Source: Candidatus Nomurabacteria bacterium (GTDB lineage: Bacteria; Patescibacteriota; Minisyncoccia; Phycocordibacterales; UBA9973). From it: a DNA stretch of 64,000 bases. Numbering within the stretch: the first letter of the stretch is position 1; each line of letters begins with the position of its first letter. This document shows positions 47,070 to 56,827 of this stretch, piece by piece. The notes beneath the pieces were generated by a model that saw only the letters and a list, made by a program, of their open reading frames with translations, searched no databases and was not told the DNA's origin. The stretch is from positions 513 through 64,512 of the forward strand of contig JAHFNJ010000004.1 in NCBI GenBank assembly GCA_023267375.1. Direction: 5' to 3'. A program made the translations under genes and the position numbers.

Positions 47070-48794
47070 CTATTTTAACATAATTCTAGCTATTCGTATG
47101 TCATCATAGGAATACTTTCCATCAAAATTTTCAAAAACCGGAGTCAGTTTATCTGTATCTAATTTTTTAAAAGCTTTTTGGATTACTGGCACCGCTTTTG
47201 AAAGCTTGGTATCAAGCAAGCGAGAGAGTGATGCTTTTGTTATCTTCCCTTTTTCAACCAATTCTTCAACGTGTCCAAAGATAGTCGCCTCTGTTAACTT
47301 TCTTGCTTTAGCAATTTCAGAGACTGTTTTTCCTTCATTCCAGAGAATGAGCGTTTCTTCTTTTGTGTCGCTTTTCTTCTTTTTGCTGCTTTCTTCCACA
47401 GAAAGAATACGCGTAACGGGTTTAACTTTACCGCCACAGGCAATGATGAAGTTCTTGTGCATGCGTTCAAGATCACTAGGAGAAATCTTTCCAAATACTT
47501 CTTCTGCTTCTTCTGACTGTATATGAAACTGCTCATCTTTAGCGAGCACATCGGGATGTACCTGGAAAGTTCGTTCGTTCCAGCCCAGGATATACAATCC
47601 CGAGAGCCGCCGTACGCGCGAAAGCGCCACATACCCCTGCCCAAATTCAAATACCTGCGACAAATCCATGATAGCTGCATCCATACTCATTCCTTGGCTT
47701 TTATGCACAGTAATAGCCCACGCTAAACGGAGCGGTGTCTGAGATATACGAGCTTTAATCTTACCGTTTTCTTCTACGGTCCAATCCATTGGTTCGACAA
47801 TGATTTCTCGACCGCTTCGTGTTTTTACAATAGGATAATTACTTCCCGGGGCAAACCCGATAACGGTACCAAGTGTCCCATTCACAAATCCTTCCTTTGG
47901 ACTATTTTTGGTAAACATGACTGACGCGCCGACCTTAAGGGCAAGTATTTCTGGCGAGAGACAACTTTTTTTAAGCGTTGCGATTAGCATTTCGTTCCCC
48001 TCTCCAGACATCTGAAAAACCTTCTGATCGTTTTTTATTTTCGAGAGCTCATCCGTATTTACTCGATCCACATCGATGTTGTGTGAAAAAAGTTTCGGAA
48101 TCCCAACAGGCGCTCCACTGTGTATATTTTTTCTTTTTTCAAGGTGAGATAAATGCTCAGTGCTAAACGTATTCTGTCGAATCGCAGAAAGAAGGGAAAG
48201 AAAGATCTGGTCATCCTGACGATACTGTTCAGAAAGATAGCAAACAAGCGGTTTTGCTCGACTCCACGCAGCTGACTGATAGGCAAAGAGTAGCGGTTTC
48301 TCTTCATCGGTAAAAAGCGTCTGATCATCGTCATTCCTATTCTCGGGAGCAGTTTTTACGATTGGCGGCAACTGAAAGAAGTCACCGACAAAGACCACCT
48401 GGAGCCCACCAAAGGCTTCAGCACTCTGCCGCACCTCGCGACATACCGCATCTACCATTTCCAATGTACCTTGGTGGAGCATTGAAACCTCATCAATGAT
48501 AAGCACTCTGGCACGCCCTACACGTCGAGCAATGTATTCAGTGGAAGCGATCTTGTCGAGCGTATAGTGATCGAGATTTGTTTTAATCCCAATACCACTC
48601 CACGAATGGATCGTCATGCCACCTAAATGAGTCGCGGCAATACCGGTCGAGGCCGTAATAGCAACTTCAATATCACGTTCACGTAAATAACGTACATATT
48701 CGTTGATAGTGTGTGTTTTACCAGCACCAGGTTCACCGGTCAGGAATACATTTACGCCCGTTTTTAAAATAGAAAGCGCGAGAGCTTGCGTCAT
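47070..48794 (-). CDS. PIF1/RecD-like SF1 DNA helicase with C-terminal helix-turn-helix
   Basis: Walker A 'GEPGAGKTHT', 'DEVSML', 'TVHKSQGM'; C-terminal 'TVSEIAKARKLTEATIFGHVEELVEKG'. Confidence 0.75.
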   Translation of the reverse strand: MTQALALSILKTGVNVFLTGEPGAGKTHTINEYVRYLRERDIEVAITASTGIAATHLGGMTIHSWSGIGIKTNLDHYTLDKIASTEYIARRVGRARVLIIDEVSMLHQGTLEMVDAVCREVRQSAEAFGGLQVVFVGDFFQLPPIVKTAPENRNDDDQTLFTDEEKPLLFAYQSAAWSRAKPLVCYLSEQYRQDDQIFLSLLSAIRQNTFSTEHLSHLEKRKNIHSGAPVGIPKLFSHNIDVDRVNTDELSKIKNDQKVFQMSGEGNEMLIATLKKSCLSPEILALKVGASVMFTKNSPKEGFVNGTLGTVIGFAPGSNYPIVKTRSGREIIVEPMDWTVEENGKIKARISQTPLRLAWAITVHKSQGMSMDAAIMDLSQVFEFGQGYVALSRVRRLSGLYILGWNERTFQVHPDVLAKDEQFHIQSEEAEEVFGKISPSDLERMHKNFIIACGGKVKPVTRILSVEESSKKKKSDTKEETLILWNEGKTVSEIAKARKLTEATIFGHVEELVEKGKITKASLSRLLDTKLSKAVPVIQKAFKKLDTDKLTPVFENFDGKYSYDDIRIARIMLK

Positions 48795-48990
48795 GGCAAA
48801 AGTATACCATGCGTCTACATTCCAAATATTAAGTTATATGGCAAAACCTAAGTGAAAGATCTGACCCTCGAGACAATGATTGCTCGTGAAAAGGCGACAA
48901 TTATAGTTGCCTGTTTTCCAAATACCAAATAAACCAATCCAGTGGAGGAAGATAAGAAGTATGAGGATACCAATGATTGTACGCATAAGA

Positions 48991-49683
48991 TTATTCTACC
49001 AAACTTTCAAACTGTCGCAATGTCTCTCGAATATCTGTGGATGTAAAAATTGCTGAACCAACCGCAAGCCGATCGGCACCAGCATCGATCAAAAGCGGTG
49101 CGGTATTCAAATTGACTGATCCATCAACGCTAATGACAAGTTCAGGGAATTTTTCTCGAAGTGTTCTGATATGATCGAGCACGGTCTCGTCAAACGGCTC
49201 TGCTTGGCGCCCAATCTGTGCGATACCCATGCACTGCACAAAATCAACTTTTGAGACAAATGGGAAAAGCGATTCAATAGGAGTGGTTGTGTTTATAGCA
49301 AGTCCCATTTCAATATTTTCCCGCACATACAGATCAATCCCTTCTAAGAATTGCAAAAAGGCTTCGTGGTCTGGCATCGCTTCTAGGTGAAATATAATTC
49401 GCTTAGGACCCATGCGTACATACGTATCAAATTCATCGACAGCATTTGCAACCATTAAATCGAGTTCGAAATCAATGTCTTCCCAAAACGGCAACCCTTC
49501 GCGTTCATTCAAAATATTGTCGAGACTGCGTTCATCGCCATCATGGAATGGCCAGGTAACCATTTTTACAAATTGTCCATCACAAAGATCAATCTGCGTG
49601 AACGAAACCAGCCCTCGCACAAGCGAGATTTTATTCTTCAAATCTTCATAACTTTTTGGCATGATTGCCGGAATAATTTCCAT
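48991..49683 (-). CDS. rpe: Ribulose-phosphate 3-epimerase-like (divergent)
   Basis: 'IIPAIMP...IDLCDGQFV...DLMV...VDGSVN...GADRLAVGSAIF'. Confidence 0.65.
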   Translation of the reverse strand: MEIIPAIMPKSYEDLKNKISLVRGLVSFTQIDLCDGQFVKMVTWPFHDGDERSLDNILNEREGLPFWEDIDFELDLMVANAVDEFDTYVRMGPKRIIFHLEAMPDHEAFLQFLEGIDLYVRENIEMGLAINTTTPIESLFPFVSKVDFVQCMGIAQIGRQAEPFDETVLDHIRTLREKFPELVISVDGSVNLNTAPLLIDAGADRLAVGSAIFTSTDIRETLRQFESLVE

Positions 49684-49685
49684 AA

Positions 49686-50123
49686 TTAAAATTTATTTAT
49701 TCTTCGCACATGCCGTTCGTCATTTGTAAATGGTGTTTCCAAAAAGAGCGCTAGCGCTTCTTTTGCTTCATCATCTGAAAGAAATCGTCCACCAAGAGAA
49801 AGGATGTTCGCATTATTATGTTCGCGCGCAAGCTTCACGATATCAATACTTTTACCGTAATAGAGCGCTGCACGCGCACCCTTTACTCTGTTTGCGCAAA
49901 TTGCCTCACCTTGTCCTGAGCCACCTAAAACGACCCCAAAACTTCCCTCTTCCTTGGCAACTGCTTCTGCCACGGGCGTTATAAAATCTGGATAGTCATC
50001 GTTCGCATCATAAGAATATGCGCCCTTATCTTCTACCGCATGACCAAGACCACTCAAATATGTTTTGAGTTTCTCTTTGAGTTCATAGCCTGCATGGTCG
50101 GAGCCAATGTAAATTTTTTTCAT
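49686..50123 (-). CDS. rpiB: Ribose-5-phosphate isomerase B
   Basis: 'KIYIGSDHAGYELK...GVVLGGSGQGEAICANRV'. Confidence 0.85.
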   Translation of the reverse strand: MKKIYIGSDHAGYELKEKLKTYLSGLGHAVEDKGAYSYDANDDYPDFITPVAEAVAKEEGSFGVVLGGSGQGEAICANRVKGARAALYYGKSIDIVKLAREHNNANILSLGGRFLSDDEAKEALALFLETPFTNDERHVRRINKF

Positions 50124-50127
50124 ATTT

Positions 50128-51057
50128 TTAATCTACCTCTAAAGCAAAAACGTCATCAGTGAATTTGTTCATTATAGAATAAATCTTTCTACTATCATCA
50201 GTATTTAGTATGAGGTGAAAGCTATTAATACTACTTGTAATGTGATTCTTATCTCTTTGAATACGTTCCAGCGCTATGTCTTTTATTCTTTTACCAAATA
50301 ATTCTTTCATTTTAGGGTTAGCAAGGACGATTTTTATATTTTCAAGGTCAGTATGTAATCTTTTCTGATATAAAGGTATATTTATTTTTTCTTTGTCTTC
50401 AATATCAATTTCTGGATGAATGTGCATACCATCAAGAAGTCCTGCATAGTGCATCCAGTGGTATTCTCTCTTGTACCCACCTTTCGCTGCTTCTATAGAT
50501 TCACTCAAGGTTTCCCCGGCCTTCCAAATACTACCTTTTTCTTTTTCAGGATCAAGGCGTTTTGATTCTGCTATTATTTCTGGAGCAGCACGATGCAACT
50601 CTATAATGCCATCGATAATAGTTTTATTATCATCTTCATAATCTTCATACGTGCTTCCATTCACATCTGCCAAACTTTTAATAACCCCCTCTAGCATATC
50701 AGAACCTCCTTTTGTTCGTTTAATATCTTCTGGATCAAGTGATCGCAAAAACTTGAGGAATAATGTACTCTCATCAATCACGTATGCCAGCTGCCGTTCG
50801 CGCGGCTCTTCATCAAAGTAACTCCCAGCATCAAGTACTACCTTAAGTCCTATTTCTGAAAGAAACTCGCCTTTAGTTTCAAGTATGTCTTCAAGTTTTG
50901 CCTCAAACATTTCAATCCCAACTTCTTCTTGAGCGAGTTTTTCAAAGGCAGTCTGAAGGGCGCTATCGAGCTGCAGCAGTTCGTGAATATGAACCATTGC
51001 AATTCTTTTTGTTTCCTGTCGTGCAATAAGGTTTGGGTTAAGTTCTTGTTGGCTCAT
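50128..51057 (-). CDS. Hypothetical protein (309 aa)
   Basis: ORF only. Confidence 0.4.
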   Translation of the reverse strand: MSQQELNPNLIARQETKRIAMVHIHELLQLDSALQTAFEKLAQEEVGIEMFEAKLEDILETKGEFLSEIGLKVVLDAGSYFDEEPRERQLAYVIDESTLFLKFLRSLDPEDIKRTKGGSDMLEGVIKSLADVNGSTYEDYEDDNKTIIDGIIELHRAAPEIIAESKRLDPEKEKGSIWKAGETLSESIEAAKGGYKREYHWMHYAGLLDGMHIHPEIDIEDKEKINIPLYQKRLHTDLENIKIVLANPKMKELFGKRIKDIALERIQRDKNHITSSINSFHLILNTDDSRKIYSIMNKFTDDVFALEVD

Positions 51058-51069
51058 TATTTTTAAGAA

Positions 51070-51225
51070 TTATCTGCTATGTGAAAGCAACATCGGCAAA
51101 CGAACAAACCGAATAGAAACTTTGCACGTTGTCGTCTTGCAATCAGGATTATACGCAACAGCCGGAATAATCGGCACAAAAACGCTAATGGCAAGGAGGA
51201 TTAAAATGGCGATGGCGACTTTCAT
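51070..51225 (-). CDS. Possible small secreted Cys-containing peptide (51 aa; MKVAIAILILLAISVFVPIIPAVAYNPDCKTTTCKVSIRFVRLPMLLSHSR)
   Basis: Read by hand: ATG at 51225..51223, TAA at 51072..51070; hydrophobic N-terminus. Below the track cutoff. Confidence 0.25.
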   Translation of the reverse strand: MKVAIAILILLAISVFVPIIPAVAYNPDCKTTTCKVSIRFVRLPMLLSHSR

Positions 51226-51243
51226 ACTATATTTTGTAATAAA

Positions 51244-51648
51244 TTATAATAAGACAACCTCTTGTGTTCCTCCACCAGGAAGTGTTTTACGTTCATCATA
51301 TGGGACTCCTTCTTGGTCTTTTTCTGAAAACCAAACTGTTCGACGAAGACCAATCACATTAGACGTAGCATCAATTCGATTCTTTTGATATCGCAATCGT
51401 AGCGTATCTTTTAACATATTTTTCAAATCATTCTCAAACTGAATTTTACTACAGCCTATTTCGATATGGACTGGTGATTCTGGGTCAGAATCAAGTGTGA
51501 CAAAAATTTCCCCGTGCACAAGCGCCGCTCTCTCATCAGCCATCTGCTGCTTCAGATTTTCCATCAATGAACTAATAGCATGGTCAGTAAGGATGGTAAT
51601 AGTAGATTCTTGTTTATTATTTATATTCTCCAATGTCGCTTCAGGCAT
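51244..51648 (-). CDS. Hypothetical protein (134 aa)
   Basis: ORF only. Confidence 0.4.
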   Translation of the reverse strand: MPEATLENINNKQESTITILTDHAISSLMENLKQQMADERAALVHGEIFVTLDSDPESPVHIEIGCSKIQFENDLKNMLKDTLRLRYQKNRIDATSNVIGLRRTVWFSEKDQEGVPYDERKTLPGGGTQEVVLL

Positions 51649-51649
51649 T

Positions 51650-52675
51650 TTATTTTATAGTACCCCCTGTCTTAATCACGTGATCGACTAATGTATACGT
51701 GTACCCCATTTCGTTATCATACCATGCCATCACTTTGACGAGATTGCCGCCAACCACACGAGTCATTGCCAAATCGGCGATAGAAGCATGTGAATTGCCG
51801 AGAATATCAGACGAGACGAGCGGTTCTTCAGTTACCGTAAAAATTTTCTGCCAACGAGCATCGCTTGCCGCTTTTTTCAAAAGAGCATTTACTTCTTCGG
51901 TGGTTGTCGTTTTCTTGGAAATAAAAGTCACATCAACAATGGATCCAGCCGGCACAGGAACACGGATAGAAATACCATCAAAAAGTCCGGTGAGTTCTGG
52001 GAACGCTTTGGTCACGGCAATCGCCGCACCAGTTGAAGACGGTACAATATTTTGCGCAGCCGCACGTCCTTCACGCAAATCTTTCTTCGATGGACCATCC
52101 ACGAGTGCCTGTGACGCTGTGTATCCATGTACAGTGTTTAAAATTGCTTTTTCAATGCCGAGCGCCTCATGCATGATTGCAATTAACGGCGAAGCAGCAT
52201 TTGTTGTGCATGAAGCATTTGAGGTAATGTCACAGGTACCAAATTTTTCTTCATCGACACCCAAAAGAATGGTAGCGCCTTGCACAGTTCCATCGCCTTC
52301 TTTGGCTGGTGCAGAAATAACTACTTTCTTTGCACCCTGATCCAAGTGGAACTTTGCTTTATCAAACGAAGTGAAAAGGCCGGTTGATTCTACTACCACA
52401 TCAATTCCAAGCTCTTTCCATGGGAGTTTTGTCGTATCTTTTTCAGAAACAAATTTTACCTGTTTGCCGTCGATCCAAATATCCTTCCCATCCTGCTTAA
52501 TATCGTGATTCCAGGTCTTATAGACTGTGTCGTACTTTAGAAGATACGCCAATGATTCAATAGAACCTAAGTCATTTACTGCGACTACTTCAATTTCTGG
52601 TCGCTCCCATGCAATCTTCAAGAATGCCCGACCAATGCGCCCAAAACCGTTTACTGCTACTTTTATTTTTGTCAT
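51650..52675 (-). CDS. gap: Glyceraldehyde-3-phosphate dehydrogenase
   Basis: 'KVAVNGFGRIGR' NAD-binding, catalytic 'SNASCTTN'. Confidence 0.9.
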   Translation of the reverse strand: MTKIKVAVNGFGRIGRAFLKIAWERPEIEVVAVNDLGSIESLAYLLKYDTVYKTWNHDIKQDGKDIWIDGKQVKFVSEKDTTKLPWKELGIDVVVESTGLFTSFDKAKFHLDQGAKKVVISAPAKEGDGTVQGATILLGVDEEKFGTCDITSNASCTTNAASPLIAIMHEALGIEKAILNTVHGYTASQALVDGPSKKDLREGRAAAQNIVPSSTGAAIAVTKAFPELTGLFDGISIRVPVPAGSIVDVTFISKKTTTTEEVNALLKKAASDARWQKIFTVTEEPLVSSDILGNSHASIADLAMTRVVGGNLVKVMAWYDNEMGYTYTLVDHVIKTGGTIK

Positions 52676-52679
52676 TTTT

Positions 52680-54143
52680 CTATTTTAACAAATCTACTAA
52701 TAATTGCTTCGCCACCTGGGGATTTGCGCTCCCTTTCGACTCTTTCATTACCTGACCGATCAAAAACTGTAGCGATGACTCTTTGCCTCCCTTATACTCG
52801 GCAGCCACATTCGGATGCTTTAAAATAATCCCCTCAGCGAGCGTTCGGAGCGAACCTTCATCAGACACTTGCAACAAATTGCGCTCAGTCGCAATAGTCA
52901 TAGGTGACGCATCTTCAGTGTACATAATTTCAAGGATATCTTTCGCGCCACGTGAAGTGATCTTATTCTCTGTCACCATATCGATAAGCTCTGCAAAATA
53001 TTCAGAATGAGGAAATACAAAATTCGCATCAGTTTTCATGTGTCCTGCCATATCAGATGTAATATAGTTTGAAGCTACTTTGATTTTTTCTTTATTACCA
53101 CCCAAGTTTGCAATTACTTCTTCAAAAAATTGTGAGAGTTTTGGGTTACCGATAAATATTTCAATATCAGCGTCTTTTACACCTGCTTCAAGCTTATAGC
53201 GTTCTCGTTTTTCCTTTGGTGTTTCCGGGAGATTGTCTTTCAGTTCTGCAAGATTAAAAAGTTCCTTGAGTTTCAACTTCGGTAGATCGGGATCGGGGAA
53301 ATAACGATAGTCATGGCTATCTTCTTTTCTTCGTTGTGAAAAAGTCTTATTTTTTGTTTCATCCCACCCACGTGTTTCTTTGACAATTTCATCAGCCTTC
53401 CCTTCTTCCATGAGCTTTATCATTCGCTCAACTTCATATTTGATTGCTCGTTCCGCGGCACGCACCGAGTTGATGTTCTTGACCTCTACATAGGTATTCA
53501 ACTTTTTAGGGTCAGTCGAGACAGAAACGTTCACCTCAACACGCATTTCCCCTTTTTCCATATTCGCATCAGATGCGCCCAAATACCAAAGCAAGAGCTG
53601 GTATTCACGCGCAAAGTTTCCTGCTGCCTTCGCTGCTTCTTCCGGATTTTCAAATGTATGAGGTTCTGTTACAAGCTCCATGAGCGGCACACCAGCACGA
53701 TTGAAATCGACAAGCGAATAATCTCCTTTGTCATGCTTTGAGGTACCAGTATCTTCTTCAAGATGAATACGAGTGATTTTAAATTGAGCTAATTCACCTC
53801 CAGAGACAATTGGATATTTGTACTGTGAAATCTGGTAGCCTTTTGGGATATCTGGATAAAAATAGTTTTTACGGTCAAACTCAGTAAAGTCTTCTGCAAT
53901 AGTGCCATCGATGGCAAGCCCCACACGAATAACCTGTTCTACTGCTTTTTTGTTGATGACCGGCAACGCGCCAGGCTGCGCGGTACAGACAGGACAAATG
54001 TTTACATTGGGACGTTCTTCATCAGGATCGTTCTTGCAAGAGCAGAACATCTTGGTCGCTGTCTTCAGTTCCGCGTGTATTTCCAAGCCGATTGTCGTGT
54101 AATAGTTCTTTTCCACGAAAGCAGTATAGCAAAATATGGCCAT
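52680..54143 (-). CDS. gatB: Asp/Glu-tRNA amidotransferase subunit B
   Basis: 'IGLEIHAEL...CSCKN...NICPVCTAQPG' GatB N-terminus; C-terminal YqeY-like domain. Confidence 0.9.
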   Translation of the reverse strand: MAIFCYTAFVEKNYYTTIGLEIHAELKTATKMFCSCKNDPDEERPNVNICPVCTAQPGALPVINKKAVEQVIRVGLAIDGTIAEDFTEFDRKNYFYPDIPKGYQISQYKYPIVSGGELAQFKITRIHLEEDTGTSKHDKGDYSLVDFNRAGVPLMELVTEPHTFENPEEAAKAAGNFAREYQLLLWYLGASDANMEKGEMRVEVNVSVSTDPKKLNTYVEVKNINSVRAAERAIKYEVERMIKLMEEGKADEIVKETRGWDETKNKTFSQRRKEDSHDYRYFPDPDLPKLKLKELFNLAELKDNLPETPKEKRERYKLEAGVKDADIEIFIGNPKLSQFFEEVIANLGGNKEKIKVASNYITSDMAGHMKTDANFVFPHSEYFAELIDMVTENKITSRGAKDILEIMYTEDASPMTIATERNLLQVSDEGSLRTLAEGIILKHPNVAAEYKGGKESSLQFLIGQVMKESKGSANPQVAKQLLVDLLK

Positions 54144-54252
54144 AGATTGAAGTTTTTTCTTCCTATGAAAATAACTTGCTTGTTTAAATAAATGTGGTAG
54201 TATTGGTAGAAATTTTAGTTCACTTAAATATTAATTTAAACCCCTATCTCTT

Positions 54253-54774
54253 ATGAAGAAAGATCAATCAATCCTTCTTGGCCTTTTAGGTCCACGTTTA
54301 ATTCAGAACATTACCAGGCTAATGACTCCTGGAACCAGCGATGAAAGGCATCGCCCAAAACGAACAATCAAAATTTTTTTTGAAAACATTCTTACTGAGG
54401 ATCTTACTGTTGAGCAACTTTTAGCTTCCTTCGATATCCTCAATGTTGAGATTGACAAAACTACAGCGTTTTTAAAGAAAATTGTTGACGACAAAAGGAC
54501 TGAAAACAAAATCATTGAACCTTTTGACCTCACAGAACAAGCCTGTGTGGATATAGAAAAAATCCACAGTAAGGACCAAACAACATGGAAACCGGAATAC
54601 AAGGCAATGTATTTTTACTTCAAGGGAAAATCACTTAAAAAAAGTGACCAACTAACAATTGATAAGATTTTTGATGATCTTGCCGAAATGCAGCTACTTA
54701 TCGATGAGGCCAGAAACATAATCTGGTCTAAAAAAACGGCAACGAAAGCAAAAAAGGAGCCCGTCACTGTTTAA
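54253..54774 (+). CDS. Hypothetical protein (173 aa)
   Basis: ORF only. Confidence 0.4.
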   Translation: MKKDQSILLGLLGPRLIQNITRLMTPGTSDERHRPKRTIKIFFENILTEDLTVEQLLASFDILNVEIDKTTAFLKKIVDDKRTENKIIEPFDLTEQACVDIEKIHSKDQTTWKPEYKAMYFYFKGKSLKKSDQLTIDKIFDDLAEMQLLIDEARNIIWSKKTATKAKKEPVTV

Positions 54775-54790
54775 CAGTGACCTATTTAAT

Positions 54791-54831
54791 AAAAAGGGCC
54801 CATCACTACTGATGGGCCCTTTTTTTATTTT
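54791..54831. terminator. Bidirectional terminator
   Basis: 'aaaaagggcccatcactactgatgggccctttttttatttt'. Confidence 0.7.
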
Positions 54832-55502
54832 GGCTTAAACTCTCGTGTAATTTTTCCGTCTTCAAGATAGACCACCCGATCACAATATTTTGCATACTCT
54901 TCTTCGTGCGTCACCATCACAATCGTCTGTCCATCAGCGTGGAGCGTTTCAAACAATTCGATAATAGCTTTTCCGGACACGCTGTCTAGGTTTGCTGTTG
55001 GCTCATCAGCAAAAAGTATTTTTGGATTGTGCGCGATAGCACGAGCAATCGATACGCGTTGTTGCTCTCCACCAGAGAGCTGGCTCGGCAAATTATTCTC
55101 GCGATTTGCAAGACCAACCTTGGCAAGCATGCGAGTGCTTATGTCGCCCGCTTCTTCACGCGATAATCCCTGCATCAACAGAGGAATCATTGTATTTTCT
55201 TTGGCAGTCAATTCTGGAATAAGCGCATAATCTTGAAATACGTAGCCTAGTTCAGAAAGGCGCATCAATGTTCGGTCGTTTTGCGTCAACTGTTCTGTTT
55301 GTTTGCCATTCAAAATAATTTCTCCAGAGGTCGGATGATCGAGCAACCCTATTTGATACATGAGCGTTGACTTGCCGGCACCAGACTTCCCCATAATCCC
55401 CAAAAATTCTCCTTCTTTCACTTCTAAATCGACACCGCGGAGCACCAGTGTCTCGGTGTGTTTTGTTTTATATGTTTTTACCAGATTTTTTATTGAGATC
55501 AT
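54825..55502 (-). CDS. ABC transporter ATP-binding protein (MacB/YknY/LolD-like)
   Basis: Walker A 'GKSGAGKST', signature 'LSGGEQQRV', 'ILFADEPT'. Confidence 0.85.
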   Translation of the reverse strand: MISIKNLVKTYKTKHTETLVLRGVDLEVKEGEFLGIMGKSGAGKSTLMYQIGLLDHPTSGEIILNGKQTEQLTQNDRTLMRLSELGYVFQDYALIPELTAKENTMIPLLMQGLSREEAGDISTRMLAKVGLANRENNLPSQLSGGEQQRVSIARAIAHNPKILFADEPTANLDSVSGKAIIELFETLHADGQTIVMVTHEEEYAKYCDRVVYLEDGKITREFKPK

Positions 55503-55511
55503 ATATTTATA

Positions 55512-56798
55512 TTAACGTCCCAAAATACTATCAAGAGTATTTTTCTTTACAATCATTCGTGCAGGAACATAACCAGCTGCTAAGGTAACGATCAGTAATA
55601 ACGCGAATTTAAAAAGAGTTCCAGAAAGCGGAGCAACCAAAATACCATCGGAGAAAGGAAAATCAAGTGGATGTGCATTAAATGCCGGAACCAGCAGACC
55701 GTACACAAGAATCATTCCGAAGCCACCACCTAAAAGTGCGTAAAAGATAGACTGGAAAACATATGAGATTTCAATTGCTTTCGAAGAAATACCAATACCT
55801 TTCATGATACCGATATATTTTCGGCGCGTGACCGCATTGATGAATATCACAATAAATATAGTGATTGAGGCAACCACGATACCAATGAGTCCGATCACAT
55901 TTCCTAAAAGTCCGAACGCGAGACGAATTTGATTCAGGAATTCGGGGATAGCTTCAGTTGCTGTTTGAATTTTCCCATCTCCCGCAAAGCCAGCTTTTTC
56001 AAGATTGCTTTTGAGTATATCCGGCGTCGTAAAAGACCCTGGTTTTAAATCCACCGCAATTTCGTTTGCGTTTAACCCTGGACGATCAACAAGTCGCAAA
56101 AAATCTTCCGTTGTCATGAATGCGCGCAACGATACCTCGTTTACTTTCGTATCAACAATACCCTTTACGATAAATGTTTTTGTTCGGCCATTCACGGTTA
56201 CTTTCACTTCATCGCCCGGATACACGCCTTCAAGCGATGCGAACGCGTCACCAAACGTAGAAGAGTAGCGGTGAAGCAAGTTCGCCCCGATCAAAATATA
56301 GCCACTTTCATTCGCATCAAGAAAATCGCCCTCAACAACATATTTCGAAAGGTGTGAAAGCGCTTCTTCATTGCCAAGGTTGATACCCGTTATTTGCGTT
56401 CCTACCGTATCAGGCAAATCAGAAAAATCGCGACGCGTTTTGTAGTTCGCTTCTACTTGTCCTCCTTCAAAGTAGCGGACGCTGACATTCTCTACGTCAC
56501 TCATTGCATGCAACGTATTGCTGATAGCGTAGGTACTCTTTATGTATGGGTCTCCTGCAATAGTAGTAATGATAAGATCTCCTGTGTACTGCTCTTTGTT
56601 GGCAATATTACCTCCTTCAATCAAGCCGATAAGGATTCCAGAAATTACCACGAGGTTTAGAAACGTCAGCATCATAATAAAGATAATGAGTGCTGTTGTG
56701 TATTTGTTTGATCGTAGAATTTGCCGCTTTGCTAAAAACCAAGCGACAGCCATTATGCGAGAATTGTTTGGTGCTTTGTGTGTAACCATAAATGACAA
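55512..56798 (-). CDS. ABC transporter permease, MacB-PCD plus FtsX fold (YknZ-like)
   Basis: N-terminal TM, large extracytoplasmic domain, C-terminal 3-TM FtsX-like region. Confidence 0.8.
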   Translation of the reverse strand: MSFMVTHKAPNNSRIMAVAWFLAKRQILRSNKYTTALIIFIMMLTFLNLVVISGILIGLIEGGNIANKEQYTGDLIITTIAGDPYIKSTYAISNTLHAMSDVENVSVRYFEGGQVEANYKTRRDFSDLPDTVGTQITGINLGNEEALSHLSKYVVEGDFLDANESGYILIGANLLHRYSSTFGDAFASLEGVYPGDEVKVTVNGRTKTFIVKGIVDTKVNEVSLRAFMTTEDFLRLVDRPGLNANEIAVDLKPGSFTTPDILKSNLEKAGFAGDGKIQTATEAIPEFLNQIRLAFGLLGNVIGLIGIVVASITIFIVIFINAVTRRKYIGIMKGIGISSKAIEISYVFQSIFYALLGGGFGMILVYGLLVPAFNAHPLDFPFSDGILVAPLSGTLFKFALLLIVTLAAGYVPARMIVKKNTLDSILGR

Positions 56799-56827
56799 AA
56801 CTGTCCCGAAAAAGAGATGCTCGGGTT

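Noticed and set aside
54160-54252. 'tggtagtattggtag' as a further octamer-array member
   Set aside because: It is only two partial units in the divergent gatB/orphan promoter region, too short to distinguish from chance.
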